Shown here: positions 36,966-49,391 of the stretch, one piece after another
How the letters are laid out: every line of letters starts with the position of its first letter
How positions within the stretch are numbered: the stretch's first letter is position 1
Assembly: GCA_010356995.1 (NCBI GenBank)
Contig: ML996695.1
Span: 257,061-321,060 of the forward strand
Length of the DNA stretch: 64,000 nt
From: Trichodelitschia bisporula
Lineage: Eukaryota
Direction of reading: 5' to 3'
Position numbers and translations under genes: made by a program
Notes under the pieces: generated by a model
What the model was told of the DNA's origin: nothing
The model's input: only the letters and a program-made list of their open reading frames with translations
Database searches by the model: none

Positions 36966-37945
36966 GAGCACCGACCGGGTGGTTTTGCAATTAAATCCAA
37001 AACGTCTCTCTGAAGTGGTCCCTCCAGGCTCGAGCTTTTGTTCTTACTATGCTCTCTCGGGCATGTCGCACAAAGAAACGTTGCACAGGTCAACATGTTA
37101 CGCTATCACTGGTGGCGACGTTTCCCATCATTGCACGGGAACGTACAGATCCCAACCGCCGTCGTTCGAGATTTAGAAGCTTTGAAAAGCTTGCTCGCAC
37201 GACTATACGATTTGATCGAGCCCATCTCACACGTATCCCTTCCTATTTGCATATCGTTAGTCGCGAAGCACAGTTGATAAATATATATCCTTTTGTCTCC
37301 GAGCTTCTGGGACCGTATGCACATGGATGGGAATGCTGGGCCGGGTTGGCATTGCGATGGTTGGCGATCATCTCCGTGCATCACCTCAAGTACTGCGTGA
37401 TTCCGCAGGCCGTGGGCAAACGTCTGCTGAGTACCATTAGCATTCAAACCGCTCACCAACCCTCGCAAGCTCGAACTAACGCTTGTGTTCACTGCAGTAC
37501 GTTATGAACATCTGCCCGGTACCACTCCGGCATGAGGTGAAGTCGAGTCCAAGACGGCAGAGCCGGGTGTGGCGTTGTGGCGGTTTGAAGATCGCCTCAA
37601 GACCCTTTGATGACAACGTCAAGCCATGGAGCTGCTGGTGAACAGCTCTTACTTGCCCGAATCCTGTTCCCGTTGCACCTCTTCTTGTTAATGACTTTCT
37701 TCGCTCAGTAAATACTCGCTTCATCTCACTTCCTGTCTTTAAGACATTCGTCGCTATCGCGGAGATAGTGAGTAGTCTTACATCTAGTCTAGCATCTCAC
37801 GACGGTGTTGTACATACGTTTTGTAGATAGTTTCGAGATCTTTTCATTAGAATTTGCTAGCTAAGACTTGGTTAACGGCCCACTACGTCATCGGGGAGGC
37901 CTTGTCAAGATCTCAGAATCGAGGGAGCAAGCAAAACCTCCCTTC

Positions 37946-39030
37946 ATGGAGGCGCCTGAGAAGTCGAAAAGCGTGTGGACATATCTCAACTTGCCGATAG
38001 GCAGATCAGCATGGCGCCTTTTCGAGATATGCGATTGTAAATGGTGTGCTTCCTTTGCACCATGACCGCAGTGCCTACTGATCCTTTGTGCAGGTGCCCA
38101 TCCTTTGTACGCAGCCATTGTCAGGCCATGCTTACCGCGCAATGGACGCACCGAATCCCCTTTCTCCAACAAGTTTCACCTGCCGAACTGGCAGCTTCCT
38201 TGATAATCCGCACGCTTGACGGCATTCCCAATGGCGACAAAGACAAGCTCTCGGTAGTCGACTTCTGCTCCGGCGCCGGTGGTAAGGCAGCCCTGACCCA
38301 GAAGCTGTTTTCTAACTCCCCAGGACCAACTCCCACCATCGAAGCCCACGTGAACGCCCGCCGCATAGAGAGCAACAAGGAGTCGATTCCCTTCCTGCTC
38401 ACGGATATACATCCACACATCGAATCCTGGACCTCCCTCTGCGCAAAGAGTGAACATCTCCGCTTCGTCCCTGAGCCCGTCGACGCCACTGATCCTCCCG
38501 CCGCCGTAATCAGCGCCACGGCCTGCACTAATGATTCTGCCGCAGGCATCATCTCCGGCCGTCGTGTGTTCCGCCTCTTTTGCCTGTCATTCCATCATTT
38601 TGACGATGCGCTTGCACGACGGGTGATGGAGAGCACGCTTGCGACGGCAGACGGGATTGCTATTGTAGAGCTCCAGACGAGGGATCTGGGGAGCCTAGTG
38701 CTTATGCTGGGGTTCTTTGGTGTGATTTTCGTGGTAACGATAATGTGGTTTTGGGGCGATTGGGGACAGCTGGCGCTCACATACCTGTTTCCGGCAGTGC
38801 CGCTTGTTGTGGTGTTCGACGGGCTGGTTAGTGCGCTGCGGGTTAGGGGGTTTGGGGAGGTGATGGTGTTGGTGGGCGGGAAGGAAGTTTGTGTGAAGAA
38901 GACAGTGGGTTCAGAAGGAAGACGGGTTCAGAGGGCGGAGGTTGGGAAGTGGGTGTTTGAAGGTGGTAGTGAGGTTCATACCTGGCCGCTGGGATATATG
39001 AGCTGGGTTGTGGGGTACAAGAAGGGCTGA
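37946..39030 (+). CDS. Putative class I SAM-dependent methyltransferase-like membrane protein, 3 exons (37946-38043, 38094-38281, 38324-39030)
   Basis: Spliced motif I-like VVDFCSGAGGPT, LTDIHP, VDAT and CLSFHHFDD, followed by two hydrophobic segments and FDGLVSALR. Confidence 0.75.
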
Positions 39031-39374
39031 CTGTGGCGGGTTGAGGTGGGACTGTCCACTAATATGGTACATAATGCGTAAATGACAAGAAGCCATAGCT
39101 TCAGATGCTCGAATGCTCATGCATATGTGTTATGACTGCACTACGAACATCTTAAAATTCACCCAGGGTGAACGAGATTTCTCGGAGAATCTGCGTAACA
39201 GATTCAACACTTCGCCCTATCATGGAAAACTTCCACTACCCCAATTTCCATCTCTTTTATGCCAGCCATAACGCCCACAACCCGACGACCTGCCGGGTGC
39301 AACCAGAACTCCGAAGATGCCGCAAATCCCATAAAGTTGGCTCCAACTAAGCCGAAGTTCCGACGAGTACCCCT

Positions 39375-39647
39375 TTAGCTAAGGACTGGAGTTGACGCCT
39401 TCTGTTCGACATAGAATCCGGGATCCGGTCTCCTCGCCGCTTTGGCCAGTTCCTTGGTGACTGGCTGCTCGACCTCCGCCACATCCACCAACTCTTTCAC
39501 TTTCATAATCTGACCCGCTGCATCCTGGCTGACTGGTAGATAGACTGTGGCCATGCGTTTCCGGAGACCGAGGGCTTTAAGGACTCCTCGAGTTTTTTGG
39601 GGCAGCCCAATGGCGGAGCGGAGCAGAGTGATGCGGAAGTACGACAT
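39375..39647 (-). CDS. MRPL33: Mitochondrial ribosomal protein uL30m (with 5'-UTR intron 39668-39721)
   Basis: [16 protein letters not shown]...LKALGLRKR...[13 protein letters not shown]...PDPGFYVE matches the uL30m pattern. Confidence 0.95.
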   Translation of the reverse strand: MSYFRITLLRSAIGLPQKTRGVLKALGLRKRMATVYLPVSQDAAGQIMKVKELVDVAEVEQPVTKELAKAARRPDPGFYVEQKASTPVLS

Positions 39648-39874
39648 GGTGATAACGATGGCCTAAACTACAGGACGTTGTTAGCACAGAGAAACATAAG
39701 ATGATATAAGGGGGAGCTTACGAGGCGGATACGAGCAATTCAGCAGTGAGAACCTGGTTGAGCACATGGATCCGGGAGCTTCGTCTCGAGAAACTAAAAA
39801 ATTTGGCGCCTTAGGCAGCAGTAAGGTCCAACGTTCTCGGAGCCGGAACATCCCACAGGAATCACGCTAGGCCG

Positions 39875-39953
39875 TTTCGCGCCAATAATTCGCGAGACCC
39901 GCTGATTGCGCGAGGGGGCGCGACTTCTCCTCGGGTGTTCTGGAGAGGCGCGT
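39875..39953. promoter_or_regulatory. Cluster of CGCG (MCB/SCB-like) elements upstream of RFC1
   Basis: Five CGCG cores in 80 bp, including TTTCGCG (reverse CGCGAAA) and GCGCGT, 150-230 bp before the RFC1 ATG. Confidence 0.5.
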
Positions 39954-40105
39954 CACATCACAGCCCAGTCGCCTTTGCTTCTTTGCATTCACTCCTTAAG
40001 CAAAACTCCACCCACTTTTCATCTTATCTACCCTTTCTCGCATTTCGAATCTCTCTCCTTCATCAATGATCTTTTTGTCCGCACTCTCCAGCTGAGATTG
40101 CCATC

Positions 40106-43100
40106 ATGCCGGACATTCGAGACTTCTTTGGCGCGAAGGGCGGTGCGCCCAAGCCCAAGGCGCCCGCGAAGAAAGATGAGGTACGCTGGCCCACACACAA
40201 CCAAACTTTGCATCGCAGTCAACCCTGGTGCATGCTTCCCCATATCTATCCTATGCCTCGGCCTTGTCAGAGTACCATTGAAGTTGCACCTGCTGACATA
40301 CTTCAAGCCAAAAGGTCGGGCTGCGCGCAAATCCGCTATCATTGATGATTCGGAGGAAGACGAGTAAGCGATCTTTACAGAGAAGCATCTTGAGCTTCAA
40401 TGCTTATATGATATAGCTTTGAAGAGGTCGCACCCAAGAAGACTACCTCCAAGAAGCCTGCGTATGTGATCTTTCAGTCTTATTGACCATGCCCCTTCTA
40501 ATATTCCCGTGTCGTAGCAAGCCAGCGTCCCCGAAAGGCAAGCCCACCACCTCATCGGATTACTTCAAGGACGGCGGTAAACCCAAGCGGTCAGAACCCG
40601 TAAGGGCAAATATGTCCGCTAAGCCCGCCCTGAAAGAGAACGATGCCCCGGTCAAGAAGGAAGCGGGTGCGCGCGGAAAAGCTGCGAAGACAGAAGACCT
40701 CCCAACCCACCCCAAGAAAGTTACAAGCCACAAACCCACAAAGCGTGAAGTTGATTTAGAGGACCTGGACAACGATGACGACGTCTTCAAGGCGGACTTC
40801 AAGGGGAAGCGTGCCGGTGATGACTATGAAGAGTCTACCGCTGATGAAGAAGACACACCGCTAGCTCCCCGGGAAACTCGCGGCAAGACCAAAGTGGGCA
40901 AGAAAGAGGTTGTTCATAAGTTAGAGGAAGACAATGATGACATGGATCTTGATTTTGAAGCTCCAGTCATACCAGCGAAAAAGGGAACCACCTCCCGGAA
41001 GCGCAAATCTGAACCTGTGGATTCGGAAGCATACGAAGCACCCGCTAAGAAGTCTAAAGCTACGCCAGCGCCTGCTAAGAAGAAGGCTAAAAAGGATGAT
41101 GCGCCCGAGAGCTCGGCCATGCAGGCAATCCTGGATTCGATTCCAACCGTGCGACCTCCTACACCACCTCCTCGCGACACCAAGGGCAAGTTCGATTTTG
41201 CTGCCAGGAAAGCCAACCAAGCCGTTCCGGCTGCCGCAGGTTCCAAGGAGATTCCAATCGGTGCCCCAAATTGCCTGGCTGGACTGACCTTCGTCTTTAC
41301 GGGATTGCTCGAAACTCTCAGCCGTGATGATGGCCAGGCTCTCGTGAAGCGCTACGGCGGTAAGATCACGGGTGCTCCGAGCCGGAAGACAAGCTATGTT
41401 GTGCTTGGTAGCGATGCTGGGCCTAAGAAACTTGAAACCATCAAGCAGCATGGTCTGAAGGTCATCAACGAAGACGGCTTGTTTGCGCTCATTCGGAGCC
41501 TTCCTGCCACCGGTGGAGATGGCAAGGCTGCCGCACTCTATGAAGAGCAGAAGCAGAAGGAAGTGGCGAAAATCAAGGCGTTGGCACTTGAGCAAGAGGA
41601 GGAGGAACGCAAGGCGGCCAAAGCCGCGCGTGATGCGGCTGCCGCCAAAGCTGCCGCCGCCGCTAAATCATCCGCTGGTGGAAAGTCTGCCGCCACCAGT
41701 CAACCTGCTCCGGCCAAAGCTCCTATCGACCCTGATAACCAACTATGGACTGTGCGCTATGCTCCGAGTCAACTCACCCAGGTCTGCGGTAACAAGGGTC
41801 AGGTCGAAAAATTGCAAGACTGGCTACGGAAATTCAGGAAAAGCGAGAAGTCTGGCTTCAAGTTACCTGGTCCTAACGGTGCTGGTGTGTTCCGGGCCGT
41901 TATTCTCTCTGGGCCTCCTGGGATTGGCAAAACAACAGCTGCGCATCTTGTTGCAAAGCTTGAGGGATACGACGTCGTAGAAAACAACGCGAGCGATACC
42001 CGCAGCAAGAAGATGGTAGAAGAAGGCTTGAAGGGGGTCTTGAGCACGACCTCTCTTGCGGGCTACTTTGCTGGCGATGCTGAGAAGGTTGACATGAAGA
42101 AGAAGCGGCTTGTGCTCATCATGGACGAAGTGGATGGCATGTCTGCTGGTGATCGCGGCGGTGTTGGTGCTCTCGCTGCGCTGTGCAAGAAGACCCACAT
42201 CCCCATCATCCTCATCTGCAACGACCGCAATCTCCCCAAGATGAAACCATTCACTGGTGTCGCCTTCGACATTCCATTCCGGCGGCCCACAGTGGATCAG
42301 ATTCGATCGCGCATCATGACGATTGCGTTCCGCGAGAAATTGAACATCCCCCCAGCCGTCATCAATGCCTTGATTGAAGGCACCCATGCGGATATTCGGC
42401 AGGTCGTCAACATGCTCTCGTCGATCAAGCTTGACGAAGAGGCCATGAGTTGGGAGAAAGGTGTCGACATGTCCAAAGCATGGGAGAAGAGCATTGTTCT
42501 GAAGCCCTGGGACATTACCAACAAGATCCTCGGCGGAGGCATGTTTGCCGAGACCAGCAGGGCGACGTTAAATGACAAGATCGAGCTCTACTTCAACGAC
42601 CATGAGTTCAGCCCCTTGATGCTGCAGGAGAACTACTTGGGCACCAACCCAGTACGCTCAAACGCCTACCATGGACGTGAGAAGAACCTGAAGCACCTGG
42701 AGCTAGTCGAACAAGCGGCGGCAAGTATAAGCGACGGAGATTTAGTGGATCGTATGATCCATGGTACACAGCAGCAGTGGAGCCTCATGCCTACTCATGC
42801 TGTTTTCAGCTTTGTGCGTCCTGCCAGCTTCGTCGCGGGCAGCTTGGCTGGCAACCAGACTAGGTTTACGAGCTGGTTGGGCAACAATAGCAAGCAAGGT
42901 ACCTATTCGCGCCGTTCTGTTTACACTATATCTGCTAACATTGTCAGGAAAACTCTCGCGTTTTGTCAAGGAGATCCAAGGGCATATGCGCCTGCGTTCG
43001 TCTGCCGATCGACATGAGATTCGCCAGGACTACATCCCTATGCTGTGGACTGAGACCGTGCAAAAGCTCTCTACCGAAGGCAAGACAGCTGTGCCCCAAG

Positions 43101-43576
43101 TCATCGACCTCCTGGATAGTTACTATCTCTCGCGGGAGGACTACGAGGCTATCCAGGAACTGGGCGTCGGTAGGATGTCCGAGTCCCGCATCAAGATCGA
43201 TACGCAGACCAAGTCCACCTTCACGCGCACCTATAACGGCATGTCACATCCGCTTTCGTACACGAAGGCGAGCAGCGTTTTTGCTCCGAAGTCAGCGGCT
43301 AAAGATAAGCCCGATCTCGAAGAGGCGCTTGAAGAGAGTGATGAGGGAGAGGTCGTCGAAGAGGCGAAAGATCCTGCAGATGAAGAGATTGACCTGAGCA
43401 AGGACAAACTGATCAAGGCACCAAAGAAGAAGGCTGCTCCGAAGGCCGCAGCCAAGAAGCGGGCTAGGGCTGATGACGATGACGTGGAGAGCGAAGATGT
43501 GAAGCAGAAGAGAGGTCGCCCCGCGAGGGGTGAGACTGCTGCTCGGGGCGCTCGGGGTGGTAAGGGCAAGAAGTAG
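40106..43576 (+). CDS. RFC1: Replication factor C large subunit, 5 exons (40106-40180, 40308-40363, 40417-40461, 40518-42898, 42948-43576)
   Basis: BRCT domain (CLAGLTFVFTG...RYGGKIT), Walker A GPPGIGKTT, NASDTRS, Walker B MDEVDGMS, and an RFC1 C-terminal domain (SWLGNNSK, KSTFTRTYN). Confidence 0.97.
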
Positions 43577-43901
43577 CCATTTGGCGGCCTGCTTTCTTAG
43601 GAAATCTTGTCTTTTCACTGAATGTATTAGGGCGGTGATGGATATCCGGTCATGGAAAGGCTATATCTGAGCGTGTATAGTTTAGGAAAACACAGATTTT
43701 CGGCCTCTTCTCAGAAGAATTCTGCCCGACATGAATGCCGTTGATACTCTGCACTGTCGCGTCGCTAGCGCAGTTTTACTCGCATTCTTGGCGACGGTTC
43801 CAGCCCTGTAGGGCTGACATTTTTGTCACTCCTGAACTACCCCACGTTGCCCCTCATCCAGACCAGACGAGAACAGCATCACCACCCCAACCTACGAGAA
43901 A

Positions 43902-45326
43902 ATGGAGGAAGACAGACTTGCCACCAACCTTGGGACCAATTTCGGTTCTGAACTTGAACCAGAACAGGTTGCAGCCCCAAAGCAAGCAAAGCGTCGCTTT
44001 GTCGGCAGGAGGACGGCGGCGCAGAGCAGCAACCCCACCGACAGCATAGAAGACAATGGGGCAATACAAGGCGTGAACAACCTCAGCGTAGCATCTATAG
44101 AGCTGTAGCTAATTTGAATAGTGGCTCAACCTCGCCGAACCCCTCGAGCGCTGAACACCATCCCGGCGGAAATACTTGAGGATGAAGACATCAACCAAGC
44201 CATCGCCCTGCTGCCAGCGAACTACAACTTCGAGCTACACAAAACCATCCATCGTGTACGGACATCCGGGGCAACGAAAGTCGCACTGCAAATGCCAGAA
44301 GGCCTCCTCCTCTTCGCCACCACCATCTCCGACATCCTAACCACCTTCTGCCCGGGCATCGAAACCATAATCATGGGCGACGTCACCTACGGCGCCTGCT
44401 GCATCGACGACTTCACCGCCCGCGCCCTCGGCTGCGACCTCCTCATCCACTACGCCCACAGCTGCCTGATCCCCGTCTCCGTCACGCAAATAAAGACGCT
44501 GTATGTCTTCGTCGACATCAGCATCAACAAGGCGCATCTCTGCGCCTCCATAACTCGCAACTTCGAGCCAACCAAGACCCTCGCCCTGGTCGGGACCATT
44601 CAGTTCAACGCCACGATCCACGAGATTGCGGCACAGTTGCGGGCAGAGGGATACACGATTCTTGTTCCGCAGATTGCTCCGCTGAGTAAGGGTGAGATAC
44701 TCGGGTGTACGAGCCCAGCGCTCAGCGCCGACAAGGCCGCGGCGTCTGTCGCGAATCAAGCCGATGCGCTGCTGTATGTCGGGGATGGCCGGTTTCACCT
44801 CGAGTCTGCGATGATTCATAACCCCCAACTGCCAGCCTGGCAGTACGACCCGTACTCGCGGCGCCTGACGCGCGAGACGTACGATCACGAGGAGCTGTAT
44901 AGCCTGCGGCGGGAGGCGATTATGATGGCAAAGAAGGCGCGCAGGTGGGGGCTTATACTGGGCACGCTTGGGAGGCAGGGGAATCCACATACGTTGGTTA
45001 TGATTGAGAAGATGCTGAGGGAGAAAGGGATTGAGGTTGTGCATCTTGCGTTGAGTGAGATTTTCCCGGGGAAACTGGGCACGATGATGGATGTTGAGGC
45101 GTGGGTGCAGGTTGCTTGTCCGAGGCTGAGTATTGATTGGGGGTATGCATTTCCTAGACCGCTGCTCAGTCCGTATGAGGCACTTGTTGCACTAGGGGTA
45201 AGGGAGGCGGGCTGGATAGAGGAGGGACGGGGGAGTACGGAGCGGAGAGCGGGGGAGAGTTATCCGATGGACTTTTATGGAAAAGACGGGTTGGGGAGGA
45301 CGAAGGCAGAGGCAATAACTGCTTAA
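43902..45326 (+). CDS. DPH1: Diphthamide biosynthesis protein Dph1, 2 exons (43902-44070, 44122-45326)
   Basis: [55 protein letters not shown] and YPMDFY. The intron appears to use a GC donor. Confidence 0.96.
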
Positions 45327-45477
45327 GGGCATCACGGAAAATGAATCAAGAGCCGAAATGGCTGTCATGGCCATCGCATATGCAATTCCCGAACATCTGG
45401 GTATATGACGATTCCACCCAAAGCCGCACCAATGCAGGACGCTCCCCGTACACCAAACGCCGGCCTCCCGGGCCCCC

Positions 45478-47769
45478 TTACTTGATTTTGCCCATGATGG
45501 TTTCCGGTCCCCGCTGGACTTCAATGGCGGCAGCTTTCGCCTTGACAGCATTGAGTAAACTCCGGTCAAAGTCATCCCTCGCACGTAACACACTCTCAAC
45601 CCACCCCATGCTAAGATCCCAGTATTCCACCTTCAGCGCCTCATACACATTCGGCACAAGCACTTTCTCCGTCTCCAGCAACTCGACAAAGCCCTGTATA
45701 GCCTTCCACTTAAGCTTAACATTGGCAAACGTCTCAAACTTTTCAAAAAAGGAGAACACGGAGAGCACGTCGTCTTTGATCTTGTCGACAAACGGGTCCG
45801 TCCGCCGAAACTTGACGCCCTTGTTACGCACCGCCGACAGATAACGTACGAGCATTTCATCAGCCAGCTCCTCGGCTAGAATGTCGCGCAAGCTCGGGTG
45901 CAGCGTTGGCGCGTAGTCGTTCAGGTAGTCCTCGAATGTGCTAATGGCCTGACCCATCCCGCGCTTGCCGTACCATGCCTGAGTGAAGAACTCGGGCAGG
46001 AGCACCCGGAAGTCGACCGCGAAGATGAGAGCCGCAAACACAGCGAGGCAGTGCGTGCTCAAGTCCACGTACCCGTCACGCAGCCCATCGAGAGCGGGGC
46101 TCGCAACCGCATTCGCGTACTCCGGCGAGACGAGGGGCAACACATCACGGGTGAAGCGAGTCAAGTAGCCAATCTGCCCGTCCGCCTCGTCGGCATCGTC
46201 GATACAGGCAATTTGATCATTGGCAATAGCAATGAGCCAGTCCTGCAGCGGCTGGTACCCGTCCGGCGCCGCGGCGGGCCCAACCGCATCGGCGTATTTC
46301 TGCAGCTCCGCGTCGATGAGCTGCTCCCACATGCGCTGGCGCGACTGCAGCGCGCGGAACATGCTCTCCACAACGCCTTCAACAATGTCTGAGCGGTCGC
46401 TGGCTTTGGCCACCTCGAGCTGCTCGCGCAGCATGCGCCACATGTCGGAGAGGGTCTTGGTGCGGAAAGCGCCGGCTTCGTCGTTGTCGAGTGCAGACTC
46501 GTCGCGCTGGAGGAAGTTCTGGCTGTCGGCTTTGGCCATGCGGTCCATCCACTCGTCCACCGAATTGATGATGAGTTGCCGGTACTCGCGGATGATCTCG
46601 CCGGCGCGGTCGTCGATGACGTGGGGCCGGAGTTGATCGTCGGGCACGCCGAGTTTCCGCATCTTCATGTAGTATTTATCGACCCAGTCGACTATGGCCA
46701 GAAGCTGGGGTGGGCGAAGGTTGGGGTCGTCGATGCGTTGAATGAGCCAGTCGTGCATCTGCTTGTGATATAAGTTGACATAGGTCTGAAAGATTTTCCA
46801 CTTCTTCGGCATCAGGTTCACCATGCCTAGTTTGACGGTGTTGAGATCGTTGAAGTACCACCGTACGCTCTTCTCGAGCTTGGTCTCGTCCTCATCGAAC
46901 ATGGCGTTGGCTTGCTCCATTTGTCCTGCACACGCCAATTCAATCGCTTTGAGGAACTTTTCCTTGTAGCCACGGACCTCCTTCTTTCCTGTCGTGAAGC
47001 TTTTGAATCTGCTTGCCAGCTCCTTGTATTCCTGCTGGGCATCTTGCAGCGCTCGCGCCTTCTTGTCGTTCTTCTCCTCTTCCTCGATAATCAGCGCGAG
47101 TCGAACGACGAGTCCATTGTTGCCACTTTGGATGAGAGGTATGAGCTGCATGCAGGCCGTTCCGACATGGTCGTCGAACCAGTCCACAACCTCATTGAGC
47201 TTCGAAAAGTAGTCCTGCAGCGTCGCGCCCGTGGGTAGCTGGAGGTTGTTGATCAATTCCTCGCAGACATCACCTGCGCTCCTAACCTGATCCATAGTCG
47301 AGTCCTTGATGTCGCGTAGCTTCGTCAACTCGTAGTGGATCGCCAGGAGGTTGGGCTGATTCTCCATATCGGCATCATCCTCTCGCAGCAAGCGCTCAAT
47401 CAACAGCAACCGTTGGTCGAACTCCTCAATATCATTCTTTATGGCCTCAACCTGCATGAAGTTCCGATGTGTTTGCGCCACAAGGTTTATATGCGGAAAG
47501 TCGCGAATCATGTTCTGCGCCTCAGCACACAACTTGTCGATCTTCTGCATCTCCGCCTTGATCTGATCGACAGACCTCTGGCCATCGGAGATAGAGCTCA
47601 TGCCGGCTTGTGTGAGCGCAAGCTGTTCCTGCAAGCTGATGCGGAGCTGCGAGTCGACGGCGGCCTTCTTGCGCGTGAACTCGGCTTTCAGCGCGGAGAT
47701 CTTGTCGAGGTCGTCCGGGCTGCGGAGGAGCTCGGCGAGCTTGACGGTGGCGGGTTCGGCCTCGTTCAT
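45478..47769 (-). CDS. SEC6: Exocyst complex component Sec6
   Basis: 763-aa single-exon ORF with DDLDKISALKAEFTRKKAAVDSQL, NLLAIHYEL, IAIANDQ and C-terminal GPETIMGKIK. Confidence 0.93.
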   Translation of the reverse strand: MNEAEPATVKLAELLRSPDDLDKISALKAEFTRKKAAVDSQLRISLQEQLALTQAGMSSISDGQRSVDQIKAEMQKIDKLCAEAQNMIRDFPHINLVAQTHRNFMQVEAIKNDIEEFDQRLLLIERLLREDDADMENQPNLLAIHYELTKLRDIKDSTMDQVRSAGDVCEELINNLQLPTGATLQDYFSKLNEVVDWFDDHVGTACMQLIPLIQSGNNGLVVRLALIIEEEEKNDKKARALQDAQQEYKELASRFKSFTTGKKEVRGYKEKFLKAIELACAGQMEQANAMFDEDETKLEKSVRWYFNDLNTVKLGMVNLMPKKWKIFQTYVNLYHKQMHDWLIQRIDDPNLRPPQLLAIVDWVDKYYMKMRKLGVPDDQLRPHVIDDRAGEIIREYRQLIINSVDEWMDRMAKADSQNFLQRDESALDNDEAGAFRTKTLSDMWRMLREQLEVAKASDRSDIVEGVVESMFRALQSRQRMWEQLIDAELQKYADAVGPAAAPDGYQPLQDWLIAIANDQIACIDDADEADGQIGYLTRFTRDVLPLVSPEYANAVASPALDGLRDGYVDLSTHCLAVFAALIFAVDFRVLLPEFFTQAWYGKRGMGQAISTFEDYLNDYAPTLHPSLRDILAEELADEMLVRYLSAVRNKGVKFRRTDPFVDKIKDDVLSVFSFFEKFETFANVKLKWKAIQGFVELLETEKVLVPNVYEALKVEYWDLSMGWVESVLRARDDFDRSLLNAVKAKAAAIEVQRGPETIMGKIK

Positions 47770-48164
47770 GGTTGTGAAGCGGCTTAGCCGCAGGTTCCAT
47801 ACGCGGGAGGAATTGTGGAGAGATTGCGGAGGGGGGTGTTGGTGGGGAAGTTGAGGGTCAGGGCGGAGCGGGACGCGGAGACAGAGGCCCCGTGAAAGAG
47901 CGTTTTGCCGTCTCAGACCGCTTGAAAGTGGTGGAAAGTATGAATGGTGATGAAGTCATGGATATGAACCTCCTCCCAAGTTAATAGCAACGCTTTCAGC
48001 GCACCTGCAAGTTTGGAAGAACCAGTGTGAGCTGCATAAACTGGTGTAATGGCGCTTAACTACCAATTGAGCACAATGACAAGGCTAAACTCCTGTAGGC
48101 GAATCACCACCAACTTCCAATATAAAAGTGGTGAAGAAGTTCGAGTAAATCGCCATTTTCGGCC

Positions 48165-49285
48165 ATGAAGGCCATTTCAGTTTGCGCTTTGATTCCCCGG
48201 CCAGCCCTTCGTCGGCCAGCTTTAAGAGGATACCGAAGATACGCGGTCCAGTCACCAGGAGCACCAACCATTGAAGTCTTCAACAACCACACCAAGTGGC
48301 TACAGAAGGAACGAGCTGCAAAGGATGCCGAGAAGAGTCGACAAGTGGACTATCTACGGGACGAGGTAGCGTCGCGGCTATGTGAGCGGCTACTGGTATG
48401 CCTTCCGAATCCCATACGCATCCCGCGCTAATTGATCATCAGGACATCAAGCGCAACTTCCCCTGCGTACTCGACCTCGGTGCCAACGCCTGCAACATCG
48501 CCTACTCCCTCTCCAAGCCGAACCCCTACCAAGCTGAAGATGATCTCCCTCTCTCTACTCGCATTGAAAACCTCACCTGCGCTGAATCCTCCGAGACCCT
48601 GCTCAACCGCGACGTCTCCCTCCCATTCAACGATGCCCTCTCCATAACACGGGACGTCCTTCCCTCACTCGAGTCCCTCCCCTACGAGCCCAACGCCTTC
48701 GACGCCGTCCTCAGCTCCCTCTCCCTCCACTGGATAAACGATCTGCCCTCCGTCCTCGCGCAAATCAATACCGTCCTCAAGCCCGACGGTCCCTTCCTGG
48801 GCGTCATGTTCGGCGGGGACACACTCTTTGAGCTCCGCACCTCGTTACAGCTCGCAGAACTCGACCGCCGCGGCGGCGTTAGCACACATACCTCGCCACT
48901 CGCGAATGTGAGTGATGTGGGTGGCTTGTTGCAGCGAGCGGGGTTCAAGCTGCTCACTGTTGATGTGGATGACATCATCATTGATTATCCAAACAGCTTC
49001 GCGCTGATGCAGGATCTTCAGGCTATGGGGGAGTCGAACGCAGTGTTAGGCAGGGAGGCAGCTGGAATCCGGAGGGATGTGCTTGCTGCTGCTGACGCTA
49101 TCTATCGGGAGCTTCATGGGAACCAGGACGGGTCGGTCCCGGCTACTTTCAGGCTGATTTATATGATCGGATGGAAGGAATCACCGAACCAGGCGAAACC
49201 TTTGTCGCGAGGAAGTGGCATGGTGAGCATCAAGGACGTGCTTGAGGGAAAGGGGGACAAAGGAGGCAAGGAGGGAGACTCTTGA
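48165..49285 (+). CDS. NDUFAF5: Complex I assembly factor NDUFAF5 (SAM-fold arginine hydroxylase), 2 exons (48165-48395, 48443-49285)
   Basis: Presequence, KWLQKERAA, DYLRDEVA, LDLGANA, SSLSLHWINDLP, GGDTLFELR, DLQAMGESNA and PATFRLIYMIGWK. Confidence 0.95.
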
Positions 49286-49391
49286 GGGTCTTATTAAAGC
49301 CCTTTGGGGTGTACATAAAACATTTAGTCATCTTCTATGGCCTGTCCGCTTTCTCGACTCATCCGTGCTTTGCGAGCTTCCAAGTGACCAT

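Noticed and set aside
39028..39085. Stop-codon readthrough (TGA CTG) giving a cryptic peroxisomal signal
   Set aside because: The context is not TGA CTA, and the extension does not end in a PTS1.
40560..47854. Numerous antisense and overlapping ORFs within RFC1, DPH1 and SEC6
   Set aside because: These are shadow ORFs expected from GC-rich codon usage, with no independent evidence.
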